64,000 bases of DNA from an uncultured Nitrososphaerota archaeon (lineage in GTDB: Archaea > Thermoproteota > Nitrososphaeria > Nitrososphaerales > Gagatemarchaeaceae): NCBI GenBank assembly GCA_963718895.1, contig CAVRAG010000004.1, forward strand, positions 325,456 to 389,455. The letters are read 5' to 3'. Shown one piece after another: positions 31,611 through 41,554 of this stretch (its first letter is position 1; every line of letters begins with the position of its first letter). The notes below the pieces were generated by a model, which was not told where the DNA came from, did not search any database, and was given only the letters and a program-made list of their open reading frames with translations. The translations under genes and the position numbers were made by a program.

Positions 31611-32036
31611 AAGTTGGTTGTTGCTGCCGCGTCGATCATAGTCGTAACGGTCTTGTTGGGGCTCCTCGTCCTTCCGGCGCTGTTTCCGCCGACCTCCGTC
31701 TCCCTGCCCTACAAGGCGGGAGATGTGCAGTCGTATGCCTCCGGGAGCAGCAGTTGCGTGGTCTTCAGCTTGCAGCGCGCGGCCGTCCTGACCGGAAGCT
31801 TCGCCACGAATTCGAGCCTCACGGCCGCCATCTCGCAGGTCAGCAACCCGCAGGAGAACACCGTGTGCCAGAACGTCAATGGGTACTACTATACCACCGG
31901 CAACGTGAACCATGCGACCCTCAGCGTGGTGCTGCCGGCCGGCACGTACCTGCTGGTCTTCATGTTCACGAATGATACGACAGCGCAGACTGGCTTCAAC
32001 GTCACCCAGAGTTTCGTCGCGACCTATCACAAGTAA
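31596..32036 (+). CDS. Membrane-anchored exported protein (MKRR leader)
   Basis: MKRRAKLVVAAASIIVVTVLLGLL; LPAGTYLLVF. Confidence 0.75.
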   Translation: MKRRAKLVVAAASIIVVTVLLGLLVLPALFPPTSVSLPYKAGDVQSYASGSSSCVVFSLQRAAVLTGSFATNSSLTAAISQVSNPQENTVCQNVNGYYYTTGNVNHATLSVVLPAGTYLLVFMFTNDTTAQTGFNVTQSFVATYHK

Positions 32037-32154
32037 TCAGGTAAGCCCCGGTCAACCACTCTCAAGAACGCGACTGAAATAGTAAATCAGTTGTCTCTTG
32101 ATCACATTGCTTGAGGGATTCGAACCTAGATGCGTCCCAATTGTCACAGGATCT

Positions 32155-32222
32155 TTTCAACCGAGAGCGTGAGGGCAGAGCATCCTGCTATTGGCATGTT
32201 GCTTTCATCGCTGCGGTTAGAG
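32155..32222 (-). repeat. attC-like imperfect hairpin overlapping the stop of the 32217 gene
   Basis: Plus strand AACCG-AGCG-TGA-GCA-CAT.../...ATG-TGC-TCA-CGCT-CGGTT with G-T pairs. Confidence 0.5.
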
Positions 32223-32801
32223 TAGTACCCCGTTTTTAGATACTTCAGGTTCGGTGCATTGGCTACGATTGAAGCAACATGCTGTCCGCTTTCCTGACCT
32301 GAGTTTCGAGAGTGTCTTCTCGATTCGTATACTGCGTGTTTCTGGGTTTTTGGTTGCGTTTATCCAACGAATCCAGTCCCATCGTGCGTTTGGCGTGATG
32401 TCCATCCACAAGTTGTATGCCCGTTGGTCGGCCGCTAGGGCTTTCTCCAAGTCATCTGGCACCCTGGGCTCCGGCCATTTCTTAATCGGTTCAATCGCCA
32501 GCGTTGCCGTGTCACCTGCATCTGCCCTGATGGCTTTACGCATGGCGTTATCCACTTTTAGCCAATGGCCTCCCTTCCCATCAGGTTCGAGCGCGGCCTG
32601 AAAGTGGAAACCGTTGATAGTTCCCTTGGCCATGACCATGCCTCGTGATGGAAGCTTCGCGCTCGCGCCCTTTGGGAGCCTAAGAAGCGTCCATGCGCCA
32701 ATCTTGGACAATTTGGTTTCAAAACGGATTGTCGCCATATCTTCCTCACTCTGGTTTTCCGACGTCTTAGCAAGACCCACTGTCAGATCTAGCATGAGCA
32801 C
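32217..32801 (-). CDS. DUF1905 / YdeI-OmpD-associated family protein
   Basis: LPSRGMV, LEPDGKGGHW, VPDDLEKAL, ARWDWIRWI, TRSIRI. Confidence 0.85.
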   Translation of the reverse strand: MLMLDLTVGLAKTSENQSEEDMATIRFETKLSKIGAWTLLRLPKGASAKLPSRGMVMAKGTINGFHFQAALEPDGKGGHWLKVDNAMRKAIRADAGDTATLAIEPIKKWPEPRVPDDLEKALAADQRAYNLWMDITPNARWDWIRWINATKNPETRSIRIEKTLSKLRSGKRTACCFNRSQCTEPEVSKNGVLL

Positions 32802-32923
32802 TCCCCGCTCAAGGTAAAATCCATTCGCCTCACCACGAATCTGCGGACCGGATCGCCAGCTGCCGAAGGTGGCGCTTCCGAATCTGTGTTGACTGTCACC
32901 CCGAAGAGTGGGATAGGCGTTGA

Positions 32924-32999
32924 TATCAACCTGCGCCTCACTTGATTAGGCAGGAGAAGACGTAATCGCCGTGCCGGTGTGGCGCGCGGCAGGTTAGAG
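32924..32999 (-). repeat. attC-like imperfect hairpin just after the 33002 gene stop
   Basis: AACCTGC...GATTA...TAATC...GCAGGTT; same CAACC...GGTTAGAG ends as the 32155 hairpin. Confidence 0.5.
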
Positions 33000-33001
33000 G
33001 G

Positions 33002-33451
33002 TCACTTTATTGCTCTTAGGACAAGGTAATCTTGAATGGCGTCGTAGGACAAAACTAAAGGGAGCAGGGTAAAGGCGAACGAAAGAACAAGAATGTGAAA
33101 GAACTTGAAGAACAGGAGAATCGTTGCATATGCAACGGGAATCCCAATCAATACTTGAGCGTAACCTGAGTCAAGACCGAATCTCCTGTAAAAAGCCCTC
33201 TGGAACGGGTTGGCCTCTCCTTGAAATCCAACCTTGCTGATGTGAGATGTGGTCAACTTGTTTGCGACTAGGTTTGATGCCACTGATGCGACCAAACTGA
33301 CAAGTAGAAGAATGGAAAAGATCTCTAGGTCTGAGCTGTAGAGTTGGTTCCATTGGGTGACGGATTCAATGCTGACTGTGATAGCAATGATGAAGACAAT
33401 CACGAAGAAGAATGTTTGTCTTTTCGACAGCCCTCGTTTTGATTGGTCCAT
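33002..33451 (-). CDS. Membrane protein (AT-richer than flanks)
   Basis: 4 TM segments, GEANP motif; start at MDQSKRG. Confidence 0.65.
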   Translation of the reverse strand: MDQSKRGLSKRQTFFFVIVFIIAITVSIESVTQWNQLYSSDLEIFSILLLVSLVASVASNLVANKLTTSHISKVGFQGEANPFQRAFYRRFGLDSGYAQVLIGIPVAYATILLFFKFFHILVLSFAFTLLPLVLSYDAIQDYLVLRAIK

Positions 33452-33741
33452 ACAAGTGTTTCTTGTGCATATTGGGTATTTCTTGATTGCTGTAGAAGTT
33501 GGTGTGAGTGGGAGAGCGGGACGCCCCGCAGAAGGGGAGACCCTCGGGACCACGACTTAATCGACCACCTCCATTGGCCGGAACTAGAGACTCGGCTCAA
33601 ACGGCACGACCGTCTTTCGCCGCCACGACCACGTCTTACGGTCTGACTGACGCTCCCGATGCCGAGTGGACCGTCACGGCCTACACCTACCCGAAGTGAG
33701 AGGCAAACGTCTATTAGCGGCCGCCGCCTAACCATCTATCG

Positions 33742-34671
33742 TTGGGATTCAAGGCGCTGGGAGCGTCGCTGCTTCTGGTGCTTGTCCTCTTGAACATGAA
33801 CCTGCAAGTCCCGTCAGCCTCCAGTCCGGTCACGGCCGCCCCGGCGCCGAAGGCCGACCTGCCGATGCCGGGGCCTCTCGCGACGACCAACGTGACGAGC
33901 ATCCAGTACACTACCGAAAGCGGACAGACATACCTGGCCTGCGCGGGGCTCAACGCAAATGACTGTGGAGTCTGGCAGGACGGCAACGGCAACACGTTCC
34001 ACGTGGAGCAATTCAGAGGCAACGGATACTTCGAGCTCACCGCCACCTATGTGACGGATCCGGCCTGCCCCCCGGCCTTGAGTACTCCCTATTTCTTCGA
34101 CTCCGATTTCCTCTCCAACGGCAGCAGTTGGAATCACCCTAGTCTCACTTCTACCATCTACACGTGCACCCGCGCCACCAACCCAATAGTCGAGAACTGC
34201 AGCCAGCCTGCCATCTGGTCGACGACGTTCAACGCCACCGTGCACGCGAACGCCGCCACGGGCCAGATCAGCATCATGGGCCAGTACATGAATCAGGACT
34301 GGACCTGGGACGTTTCGAACGGGACCATCACGAACTGCCGTCTCGACGGCATGAGTCCGGCCGACTTCACATTGACGCCTGTCACCCCGGCGGGCTCCTC
34401 CACCAGCTCGACAGCGGGGACGCCTATCCCCTCGTCGACGGCGTCGCAGGGACAGGGCTCAGGTAATGGGAACACAGGCAATGGGAACACCTCCCCCGGC
34501 CAGACTTCAAGTCGCTCGTCTTCGACAACAAGCAACTCCACGTCGACCCACTCGGGCTCCGGGGTACCGGGATTTGCGGTCTTGCTGACCGCGCTGGCCG
34601 TCGTGGTAGTGGTCGTAGCCGGAGTGTCCTGGTCGATCCTGAGGAAACGGCCGAAAGTGGCTCAGCCATAG
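33742..34671 (+). CDS. Secreted protein with PGF-CTERM-like sorting signal
   Basis: Signal peptide, S/T/G linker, then VPGF + TM + RKRPK. Confidence 0.75.
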   Translation: MGFKALGASLLLVLVLLNMNLQVPSASSPVTAAPAPKADLPMPGPLATTNVTSIQYTTESGQTYLACAGLNANDCGVWQDGNGNTFHVEQFRGNGYFELTATYVTDPACPPALSTPYFFDSDFLSNGSSWNHPSLTSTIYTCTRATNPIVENCSQPAIWSTTFNATVHANAATGQISIMGQYMNQDWTWDVSNGTITNCRLDGMSPADFTLTPVTPAGSSTSSTAGTPIPSSTASQGQGSGNGNTGNGNTSPGQTSSRSSSTTSNSTSTHSGSGVPGFAVLLTALAVVVVVVAGVSWSILRKRPKVAQP

Positions 34672-34748
34672 AGGAACTCGTCGATTCGCTCTGATGCGTC
34701 AGAAACGCCCCAATCATCGGGACTCTGGAGCTGTTTCCACGCTGGGTC
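34662..34748 (-). pseudogene. 3' fragment of the antitoxin gene at 47587
   Basis: 87-bp near-copy of 47587-47673. Confidence 0.8.
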
Positions 34749-34826
34749 GACAGCGTCCCGTTGCCAGTACCGATCGGGACGAGGATAGAACCGGTGGAGA
34801 GGATGGAAGGGGCGCCCTGGCCGGGC

Positions 34827-35699
34827 TCAAGAGGGAGTCTGAGCAGGGGCACCGGCGGTCGCTTGACCGCCTTGCTGGGCAGGCGGGGTCTTCAGGACCG
34901 TCTGCATCACTCCTTTGATGTATTGGTGCGCTCCGCCCCAGTCGAAGCCCAGGAAGAACGCGACGGCAACGAAAAGATCGGGCGAGCTCGTTGAGACCTT
35001 TTGAGTCGTGACCAACAGCCCCGCAGCCAGAATGAAGAAGGCAATGAATCCGAAAAGGATGCCTATGAAAGGAGTCGCGAGGACATCCATGGAAATGGCC
35101 TTTTGATACTGCCGCACTTTGACTTGGTAGGACACATCGTAGATCTGTCTCAGAATCGCACCTAGACCTCCACTGACCGCCGTCAGGATCAACAGGCGCA
35201 ACAACTTCGGAATGGACAAGTTCACGTTGATGAAGTGGAGGTTCAGGGTCAGCATGTTTGAGTGCAAAGGAGCTACGTAGGCGGCGTAACCGAGCCACAC
35301 CAAAGGTATGATCCACAGAATCAACCATGCATGACAATGAAGTGCCAAAATGTTAGTGGCTCGCCATCCGAATCCCCTGCCTTCGATCACCTGGGATAGA
35401 ATCGAATCCGCATTGTTCGCGTGAGAGATTGCACCAGGGTAGTCCTGGTCCTTGTAGGCCTCCCACGCCGCAGAAAGCTCGTCGCTGATCTTTTTCACAT
35501 CAGCAACGTTTCCCGCGTTCGAGAGTCCGTTCTTCGTGGTCGAGAGTCCGTTTCCCACGGCCGAACTGTAGGCATTCTGGACCTCATTCAGGCGTGTGGA
35601 CGCGGTAGATTGGAGGATTGCCAATGGGGCCGGAGTATTCTTGCCATCAGCTCCCTTGCCATCAGCTACGTTGTTGTTGCCAATGTTATCGTTTGTCAT
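34827..35699 (-). CDS. Membrane protein
   Basis: Helical N-domain plus 4 TMs (SGGLGAILR, TPFIGILFG, AFFLGF). Confidence 0.7.
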   Translation of the reverse strand: MTNDNIGNNNVADGKGADGKNTPAPLAILQSTASTRLNEVQNAYSSAVGNGLSTTKNGLSNAGNVADVKKISDELSAAWEAYKDQDYPGAISHANNADSILSQVIEGRGFGWRATNILALHCHAWLILWIIPLVWLGYAAYVAPLHSNMLTLNLHFINVNLSIPKLLRLLILTAVSGGLGAILRQIYDVSYQVKVRQYQKAISMDVLATPFIGILFGFIAFFILAAGLLVTTQKVSTSSPDLFVAVAFFLGFDWGGAHQYIKGVMQTVLKTPPAQQGGQATAGAPAQTPS

Positions 35700-35792
35700 T
35701 TGCGAGCCCTTCTAGTTTCTTCTGGCTCGAGTGTAGTTTTGCAAAATGACATGCGTAAATACCTTCCGAATGAGAGCGTTCAATCCATTAGT

Positions 35793-36443
35793 TCAGCCAT
35801 TTGTCACGGGGCTTCCTTTCGCCTTTACAGAGCCATAATTGGTCGGAATCAGGGTCTGGAATATTTCTAGTGCAATTCCCGTCAAAGAGACAAGTGCGGC
35901 GGCGACGATGTCGTAAGACCCTATTACGAAGAACAACCCGATGAACAGCAAGAAGATTGAGGTGTTGTAGGTATCCTGCGCGTAGCGTTGGAAGTGCTTG
36001 CAACTTTCGAGCTGGTCTTTTCTGACGTCCTCCCACTCTTCATTCCATTCGGGGCTTCCCTTCCAATCTCGACCCTTCATGTAATCTTCATATCGTTCTG
36101 GGAGGTCCCAGGGATCAAAGGACTTCGCTCTCAGATATAGTTCGGTGGCGGCAATGAAAGTTGCGGAAGTCAGGCCGAGCACGAGAACCGCGACGTCGCC
36201 CCATCGAATCGTCCAGAACAAAGTCCGCCCTCCCACGTCAGAGGAGATGACGATGGTAACGAACGCTATGGAGAATCCAGCGAGGATTCCCGAAGTCGCT
36301 GCGAAATCGGAGAGAGTGTTCCGCCAGTTTAATCCAGCCTTCATTCGGTTCGTATGGCTTCCGGCGGGTTTTCCATCCTTAGCGGGTTCCACCACTTCTA
36401 AATCACCTCCACGCATCTCTGGGGTAGATGCGACGCTCATCAT
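35793..36443 (-). CDS. Membrane protein
   Basis: 4 TM segments; SGILAGFSIAF. Confidence 0.7.
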   Translation of the reverse strand: MMSVASTPEMRGGDLEVVEPAKDGKPAGSHTNRMKAGLNWRNTLSDFAATSGILAGFSIAFVTIVISSDVGGRTLFWTIRWGDVAVLVLGLTSATFIAATELYLRAKSFDPWDLPERYEDYMKGRDWKGSPEWNEEWEDVRKDQLESCKHFQRYAQDTYNTSIFLLFIGLFFVIGSYDIVAAALVSLTGIALEIFQTLIPTNYGSVKAKGSPVTNG

Positions 36444-36836
36444 GCCTTAAGAAGCGTTCAACCGGAGTTCGCTTACGGGGGGTCTTCGCCGTGGCCATTT
36501 ACCTTTGGGAGGTTTACCTTTTTCTTCTTAGCCACTTGTCTCAGCTGCTCTTAGAGAGCATCCTCTCCGGTATTTAGCCTCTATGGAGCAGTCGACTCGA
36601 CGTGTCCCCTGACTTGGAATGAACAAGGCCTCTTTATCACCAATCTCCACCATCTACAACCTCGTCTATCCGACGCTTGACGCGTAACCCTTCCAGCCAG
36701 ATGACGTCGAGTATCCAAGAAGGAACCTAACCGGGGTTGTGGGTAAATTCGGGGCCTTGATGGGCAAGAAGTGCAAGCCGGAGAGATCAGTCAACCTGAC
36801 CGAGTCAATGCGAGGCTCGGGGTGGCTCCGGAGGAA

Positions 36837-37637
36837 CTATGGGTACCAAGGCTTCGCCTTCTCCCATTGATCGCTGAAGAGGTCGCTCGCCCAGCGGAGA
36901 AAAACACTGTCGCTCCCGATGAATCCCACTTGGTCGAACTTCCCGTCGACCCGAGGCAGGGTGATTGCCGCCTCCTTTTCAGTCATTATCATGACCGCGC
37001 GAACCTTGGGGATGACCCGCATCTCCGGGATTAGCTTGGCCCCGTGCATGAGCGTCCTTGTCTCGGGTATCATCGTCTCCTGGATTAGGGCTCTGAACTC
37101 GAGGCCCTCGGCCTGCTTCTCCGTCATGATCTCTCCGTGGACCCCGAACCGCTCTTCCACCATTATGTCAATTCTCTCGCGGGCGTTCCTCAGCATCTCT
37201 GTCACCTTGTTCAGACTGGCGACGCTCTCGGTGAAAAGTGCGCCGCCGGAGAGTTCCCCGAGTCTGCCCCGAAACTCGACGGGGAGCTGCGTCGCATCGT
37301 GGTCTGTGAAGTACTCCCTGTAGCGTGCGATGAATCCTGTGGAGGACGTAGAATCCATGGCGAGCCTCGCGTAGGCGGTCAGCCCGTACCTGGTGTCGGG
37401 CAGCTTCCTCAGGAGGCCGGCCTCGGTGAGCTTCTGGAGCTGCCTGAACGTCTCGGTCGGGGCCATTCCGAGCCTCTTGGCGGTCTCGTTCAGTCTGAGG
37501 TCCTCCTTCAGTAGGGCCGCGAGTATCCTTCGCCTGTCCCAGCTAGAGAGTTGAAAGAGGAGTTCTCCTTGCCTGTCCTTGCCCTCTCCCGTTTCGGACA
37601 TCGAGCGTAGTATGCCGGGTTGTGTATATAGACACAA
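36837..37637 (-). CDS. Archaeal wHTH transcriptional regulator (ArsR/DUF1724-like)
   Basis: LFQLSSWDRRRIL, YGLTAYA, FLRWASDLFSDQW; start likely MSET at 37601. Confidence 0.8.
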   Translation of the reverse strand: MCLYTQPGILRSMSETGEGKDRQGELLFQLSSWDRRRILAALLKEDLRLNETAKRLGMAPTETFRQLQKLTEAGLLRKLPDTRYGLTAYARLAMDSTSSTGFIARYREYFTDHDATQLPVEFRGRLGELSGGALFTESVASLNKVTEMLRNARERIDIMVEERFGVHGEIMTEKQAEGLEFRALIQETMIPETRTLMHGAKLIPEMRVIPKVRAVMIMTEKEAAITLPRVDGKFDQVGFIGSDSVFLRWASDLFSDQWEKAKPWYP

Positions 37638-37698
37638 TCAAGACAACGAACAATCAACTGGGCACCCGAGCCGCACTTCGCCCAGGTGAACGAGAAAG

Positions 37699-37974
37699 AT
37701 GGTCCTCAAGAAAAGGGCGGCTGTCGAACGGGTCTTCTCGGTCGACCTGAAGTCGAGAAACGGCCTGAAGACGGCTTCCCTCGATAACAGGAAAGGAAGC
37801 GGAGTGGCGATCGAGGGGACGTTGGGAGTGCTCGAGCGGGCGGGCTTCCTCGATGGGACGGTCCTCGAGGTTGCAGGGACGATGGGGGTCTTGAGAGTAG
37901 ACCTCCAAAGGGAGGAGCTTCTCGGAATGCCGGAGAAGCGGGCATCTGGCCGCGAAAAGGGCGGTTCGAGTTGA
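37699..37974 (+). CDS. Hypothetical protein
   Basis: IEGTLG...LEVAGTMGVLRVDL; first gene of a coupled operon. Confidence 0.7.
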   Translation: MVLKKRAAVERVFSVDLKSRNGLKTASLDNRKGSGVAIEGTLGVLERAGFLDGTVLEVAGTMGVLRVDLQREELLGMPEKRASGREKGGSS

Positions 37975-38474
37975 CTGCGGAACCCAGATCTCTCAGGTCG
38001 ATCGTGGTCTTCTCTTCGAGATACGGTAACACGGAAAGGGTCGCAAAGTCGCTCGAATCGGGGCTCAGGGAAGCGGGCGTTGAGGCTTCGTGCCTCGGAG
38101 CGGGCGAAGTCGCTGTCGGTTCGTTGAGTCAGTACGACCTGATTTGTGTCGGAGCCCCGACGGAATGGCACACGGCGTCCAAGGCGATGAAGGCGCTCTT
38201 ACGAAATCTCAAGGGCATCGATCTATCTGGAAAGCGTGGCTTCGCCTTTGACACAAGGTTCGCTGCTCCGCTCTCTGGTAGCGCAGCCAAGCTGATCGAG
38301 AAGGAGCTGAAGGACCATGGCGTTCTCATGATCGCCTCGCGCGAGTCGGCAATCGTCGCCAGCGCGAAGGGGGGCGTCATGTTACTCAAGGAGGGCGAAG
38401 AGGAGAGGTTCAAGGAGGTCGGAGCGCGACTCGGAACAACTCTTGCACTCAAGGGGAGGATTGTTCCGGTGTGA
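37971..38474 (+). CDS. Flavodoxin family protein
   Basis: SRYGNTERVA, VGAPT, AFDTR, GSAAK. Confidence 0.88.
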   Translation: MTAEPRSLRSIVVFSSRYGNTERVAKSLESGLREAGVEASCLGAGEVAVGSLSQYDLICVGAPTEWHTASKAMKALLRNLKGIDLSGKRGFAFDTRFAAPLSGSAAKLIEKELKDHGVLMIASRESAIVASAKGGVMLLKEGEEERFKEVGARLGTTLALKGRIVPV

Positions 38475-38761
38475 GTGGCAGTAAGAACCGGTGGCTTGCC
38501 GCGATTCTGAACCTCGTCCTCGGGATCGGCTACCTCTACCTCGGCTACAGGAAGGTCTTGGGCCTGCCCACGATTCTGTTTGTCTTCGTGGTACTGGTCA
38601 TCGATGTCGTGGTCGGGTTTTTCACGCTCGGTTTGGTGCCCGTCATCCTCGCGCTCCCCTTTGCGTACGACGGGTATGTGAAGGCCAAAGGTGAGGAGGG
38701 CTACATCAGCACCGAACCCGCCATGAGCTTCTCCCAACAGAAGCAGGTGTCCAAAGAATGA
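38471..38761 (+). CDS. Small membrane protein (TM2-like)
   Basis: KNRWLAAILNLVLGIGYLYLG. Confidence 0.75.
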   Translation: MSGSKNRWLAAILNLVLGIGYLYLGYRKVLGLPTILFVFVVLVIDVVVGFFTLGLVPVILALPFAYDGYVKAKGEEGYISTEPAMSFSQQKQVSKE

Positions 38762-39576
38762 ACGCGCTGGTTGGTCCGGGCCAACGCTGGACGGATGAAT
38801 CCAAAGCCGAGGCTGCGGACCCTGCCTGGGAGGGTCTCTACCGAATCGGCGGCTACGCTGCCCTCGCGGCTTTGGCGATTGTGCTGATTGAGGGTGTCGC
38901 AGATTTCATCATTCAGGTGGTCTGGTTGAACTCGGGGAGTTACGGGGCCAGCTCCGGTCTGCAACCCAGCACCGTGATCGGGTGGTTCCAGCTGTTTCAG
39001 AACAATAGGCTCGCCGGACTCATCGACGATGCTGTCCTGGACATTGCAGTCGCCGCCCTCTTGGCCCCGCTGTTTCTTGCCCTCTTTGCTGCCCTCAGAC
39101 GAGCCAATGAAGCCTGGATGGCAGTAGCCGCGACCCTCGTCTTCGCAGGCATAGCGGCATACATACCGACGAACACGGGCTTCTCCTTGCTCTACGTCAG
39201 CGACCAGTACGCGGCTGCGTCAATCGATGCACAGAGGTCGCTCTTCTTGGCAGCGGGCCAGGCGACAGTCGCCGCAGGCGGGAACGGCCTGTTCGAGAGC
39301 AATGGGTTCATCCTCGTGGCTGTGGCCGGCCTCATCGTCGCATTGATTATGCGCAGGAGCAAGGTCTTCGGCAGAGCGACCTCGTGGGTCGGGGTCCTTG
39401 CGAATGGGCTCTTCATGGTGAATTACGTCGCCCTCGCCTTCGTGTCGGCGGCATCCGTCTTCTCAACGGACCTTTTCGCTTCTGCCTCGATTTTGGTGTT
39501 CATATGGTGGCTCTTGATTGCCCGCAGACTCCTTCGGCTTGGACGGGGTGCCTCGAAGGAAGACGAGGCGAAATAG
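38758..39576 (+). CDS. DUF4386-like membrane protein
   Basis: LYRIGG, WFQLFQNNRLAGL, SDQYAAA, VFGRAT. Confidence 0.72.
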   Translation: MNALVGPGQRWTDESKAEAADPAWEGLYRIGGYAALAALAIVLIEGVADFIIQVVWLNSGSYGASSGLQPSTVIGWFQLFQNNRLAGLIDDAVLDIAVAALLAPLFLALFAALRRANEAWMAVAATLVFAGIAAYIPTNTGFSLLYVSDQYAAASIDAQRSLFLAAGQATVAAGGNGLFESNGFILVAVAGLIVALIMRRSKVFGRATSWVGVLANGLFMVNYVALAFVSAASVFSTDLFASASILVFIWWLLIARRLLRLGRGASKEDEAK

Positions 39577-39690
39577 GAGTCCCCGCGAGTTGCCTCTAGC
39601 TGACATCCTTATCCCCTAAATCCCTCCTTGTTGCCGAAGTCTTGGGGCCTGCCCACGATAATTCCTTGAGACTGGTTCACAGCTGAGTAA

Positions 39691-39843
39691 TCAGGACCTG
39701 CGCTCTCTTGAACTCAGTAATCTCTTCTGGCACCTGACTAGCGTGACCCGAAGAACCTCCTCCATCTCCACACCCATCTCGTTGGCCATGCACAGCAGCG
39801 AGAAGAGAGAGTCGTCGAGCTCGGCCACGGTCCTGTCGCTGAC
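39691..39843 (-). pseudogene. MazG-like 3' fragment
   Basis: SDRTVAELDDSLFSLLCMANEM matches the 50645 gene. Confidence 0.8.
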
Positions 39844-39908
39844 CCTCGAAGATAGACGTAGAGGCGGCCGACCGGACAAAGCGAGTAGAATATCGACTCT
39901 CTCAGAGA

Positions 39909-40685
39909 CTAGACGTTGTGATCAAGAAAGAGGGCTATCAGATTCAACGTGTTGCCGACGATCGACTCTCTTTGGGGACCCATCGGGTTCGAAACTGTTC
40001 CTCTTAGTTCCATCTCTGACAGCAATCCGTTATTCACCATGGTCACATACTGAACGATAATCGGGTCTTCCAAATCGTTCGTTATTGTCTTATCATTCTT
40101 GCCTTTGCGCACTGCTTTCACCCATAGCTCGCCGTTCCTCAAGAACTGAACAAAGAACTCAAAGAAGTGAGGCTCCTCAAAGTACCTCTCGAATCCATAA
40201 TCTTCCAGTGGAGACAGGTCGTGAGTGAGCTTGTTCAAGGCTGCCGCTCCCAGCTTCTCCTGGATGGTCGCGATGAGGACCTCGGGCATCCACTTCATGT
40301 TCTTGATGTGGTCGAAAGTCGCATTCGTGATTTTCAGCACTATTGGATTATCGACGCCGTCCTTGAACGTCATCCTACAGAGGAACAGAACCTGCTCCTT
40401 CCCGGACAACTCGGCGGGCAGGGTCGCAACGATTTTTTCGTTGAGTTCTTTGATCACCTTGTTACCGACGGCAAAGAAGAGGGCGTCCTTGTTTTCAAAA
40501 TAGTTGTAGATAGTCGTACGGCTTACAAAGGCCGCTTCGGCGATGTCTTCCAGAAGGATCTCGTTCGCGGGTTTCTCAGAGTAGAACCTCTCAGCCACGG
40601 CGAGAATCTCTTCTCTCGTTCTCTCCTTCTTCCTATAGCGCAATTGCCTTTTTTCTTTTGAGGCATCGTTCTGTACCACTCTCAT
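39909..40685 (-). CDS. TetR/AcrR-family regulator
   Basis: TREEILAVA, LEDIAEAAFVSRTTIYNYFENK. Confidence 0.9.
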   Translation of the reverse strand: MRVVQNDASKEKRQLRYRKKERTREEILAVAERFYSEKPANEILLEDIAEAAFVSRTTIYNYFENKDALFFAVGNKVIKELNEKIVATLPAELSGKEQVLFLCRMTFKDGVDNPIVLKITNATFDHIKNMKWMPEVLIATIQEKLGAAALNKLTHDLSPLEDYGFERYFEEPHFFEFFVQFLRNGELWVKAVRKGKNDKTITNDLEDPIIVQYVTMVNNGLLSEMELRGTVSNPMGPQRESIVGNTLNLIALFLDHNV

Positions 40686-40764
40686 GACCTACCTTGTGGA
40701 CGACTCCAACAGGTGCTTTATAAATAATTTTACAAGGCGATAATATCAACACACGCAATACATA

Positions 40765-40782
40765 ATTGGACACAGTGTCAAT
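40765..40782. promoter_or_regulatory. Candidate TetR operator next to a TATA box
   Basis: attggacacagtgtcaat near-palindrome between the divergent tetR and operon. Confidence 0.45.
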
Positions 40783-40793
40783 CTTTATATATA

Positions 40794-41534
40794 GTGTCTA
40801 ACAACCAGATTGCCATGTCTCAAATGGGAACGGAAGGAGTAGATTCGGTGAAGAAGGAGAGGAGTTTTCTGAGGTTGGGCGGTCTTGCTGGCATCCTGGC
40901 TGGCGTCATCTTCCTGCTGACCATCTTCACGCTGATTGCGTTCGGGCCATCGACGACCGCCTCTTTCGCGGCTAGAGTGATGAACTTCCCCAACGTCAGG
41001 ACGGGCCTCGCGGCGGGGAACACCCTGTACTTCTTTGTCAGCGTCGGGTTGGTCGGCCTCGCCCTCGGCATCTATCGGGCTCTCAGCGGGAAGAGCCCTG
41101 CACTCGCGCTCTTCGGGACCGTCCTCTACCTCCTGGGCATTGGAGTGACTTTCGTTGAAGACACCACGCAGGTCGCCTTCGACCCGATCTCCACCCTCTA
41201 CAATGCTCCCGGGGCGACCCCCGCTGACCAGCACACGCTAACCCTCTTGTGGCAGGCGACCCAGGGCATGTTCAACGAGTTCGACGTCGCAGCGACGCTC
41301 CTCCTGTCGACGGCCTTGATAGTCCTCGGAGTGGTGATGTTCAGGTCTGCAGCCTTCGGCAAGGTCTTCGGCGCGCTGAGCATCGCAATCGGCGCGGCCC
41401 AGCTCGTGGGGATCACCCTCCTTTCGACCAACTCCGCCTCGTACGCCCCCTTCGCGCTCCTGGCCTTCCTCGTCTTCCCCTTGGTCTTCGGACTGAAGCT
41501 CTTCAGACTGTCAAGGGCCGCCAGGGTATCTTGA
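40794..41534 (+). CDS. DUF4386-like membrane protein
   Basis: LRLGGLAGILAG, multiple TMs, AFGKVFG. Confidence 0.72.
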   Translation: MSNNQIAMSQMGTEGVDSVKKERSFLRLGGLAGILAGVIFLLTIFTLIAFGPSTTASFAARVMNFPNVRTGLAAGNTLYFFVSVGLVGLALGIYRALSGKSPALALFGTVLYLLGIGVTFVEDTTQVAFDPISTLYNAPGATPADQHTLTLLWQATQGMFNEFDVAATLLLSTALIVLGVVMFRSAAFGKVFGALSIAIGAAQLVGITLLSTNSASYAPFALLAFLVFPLVFGLKLFRLSRAARVS

Positions 41535-41554
41535 GGAAGGGGGTGGTTCCTTTG

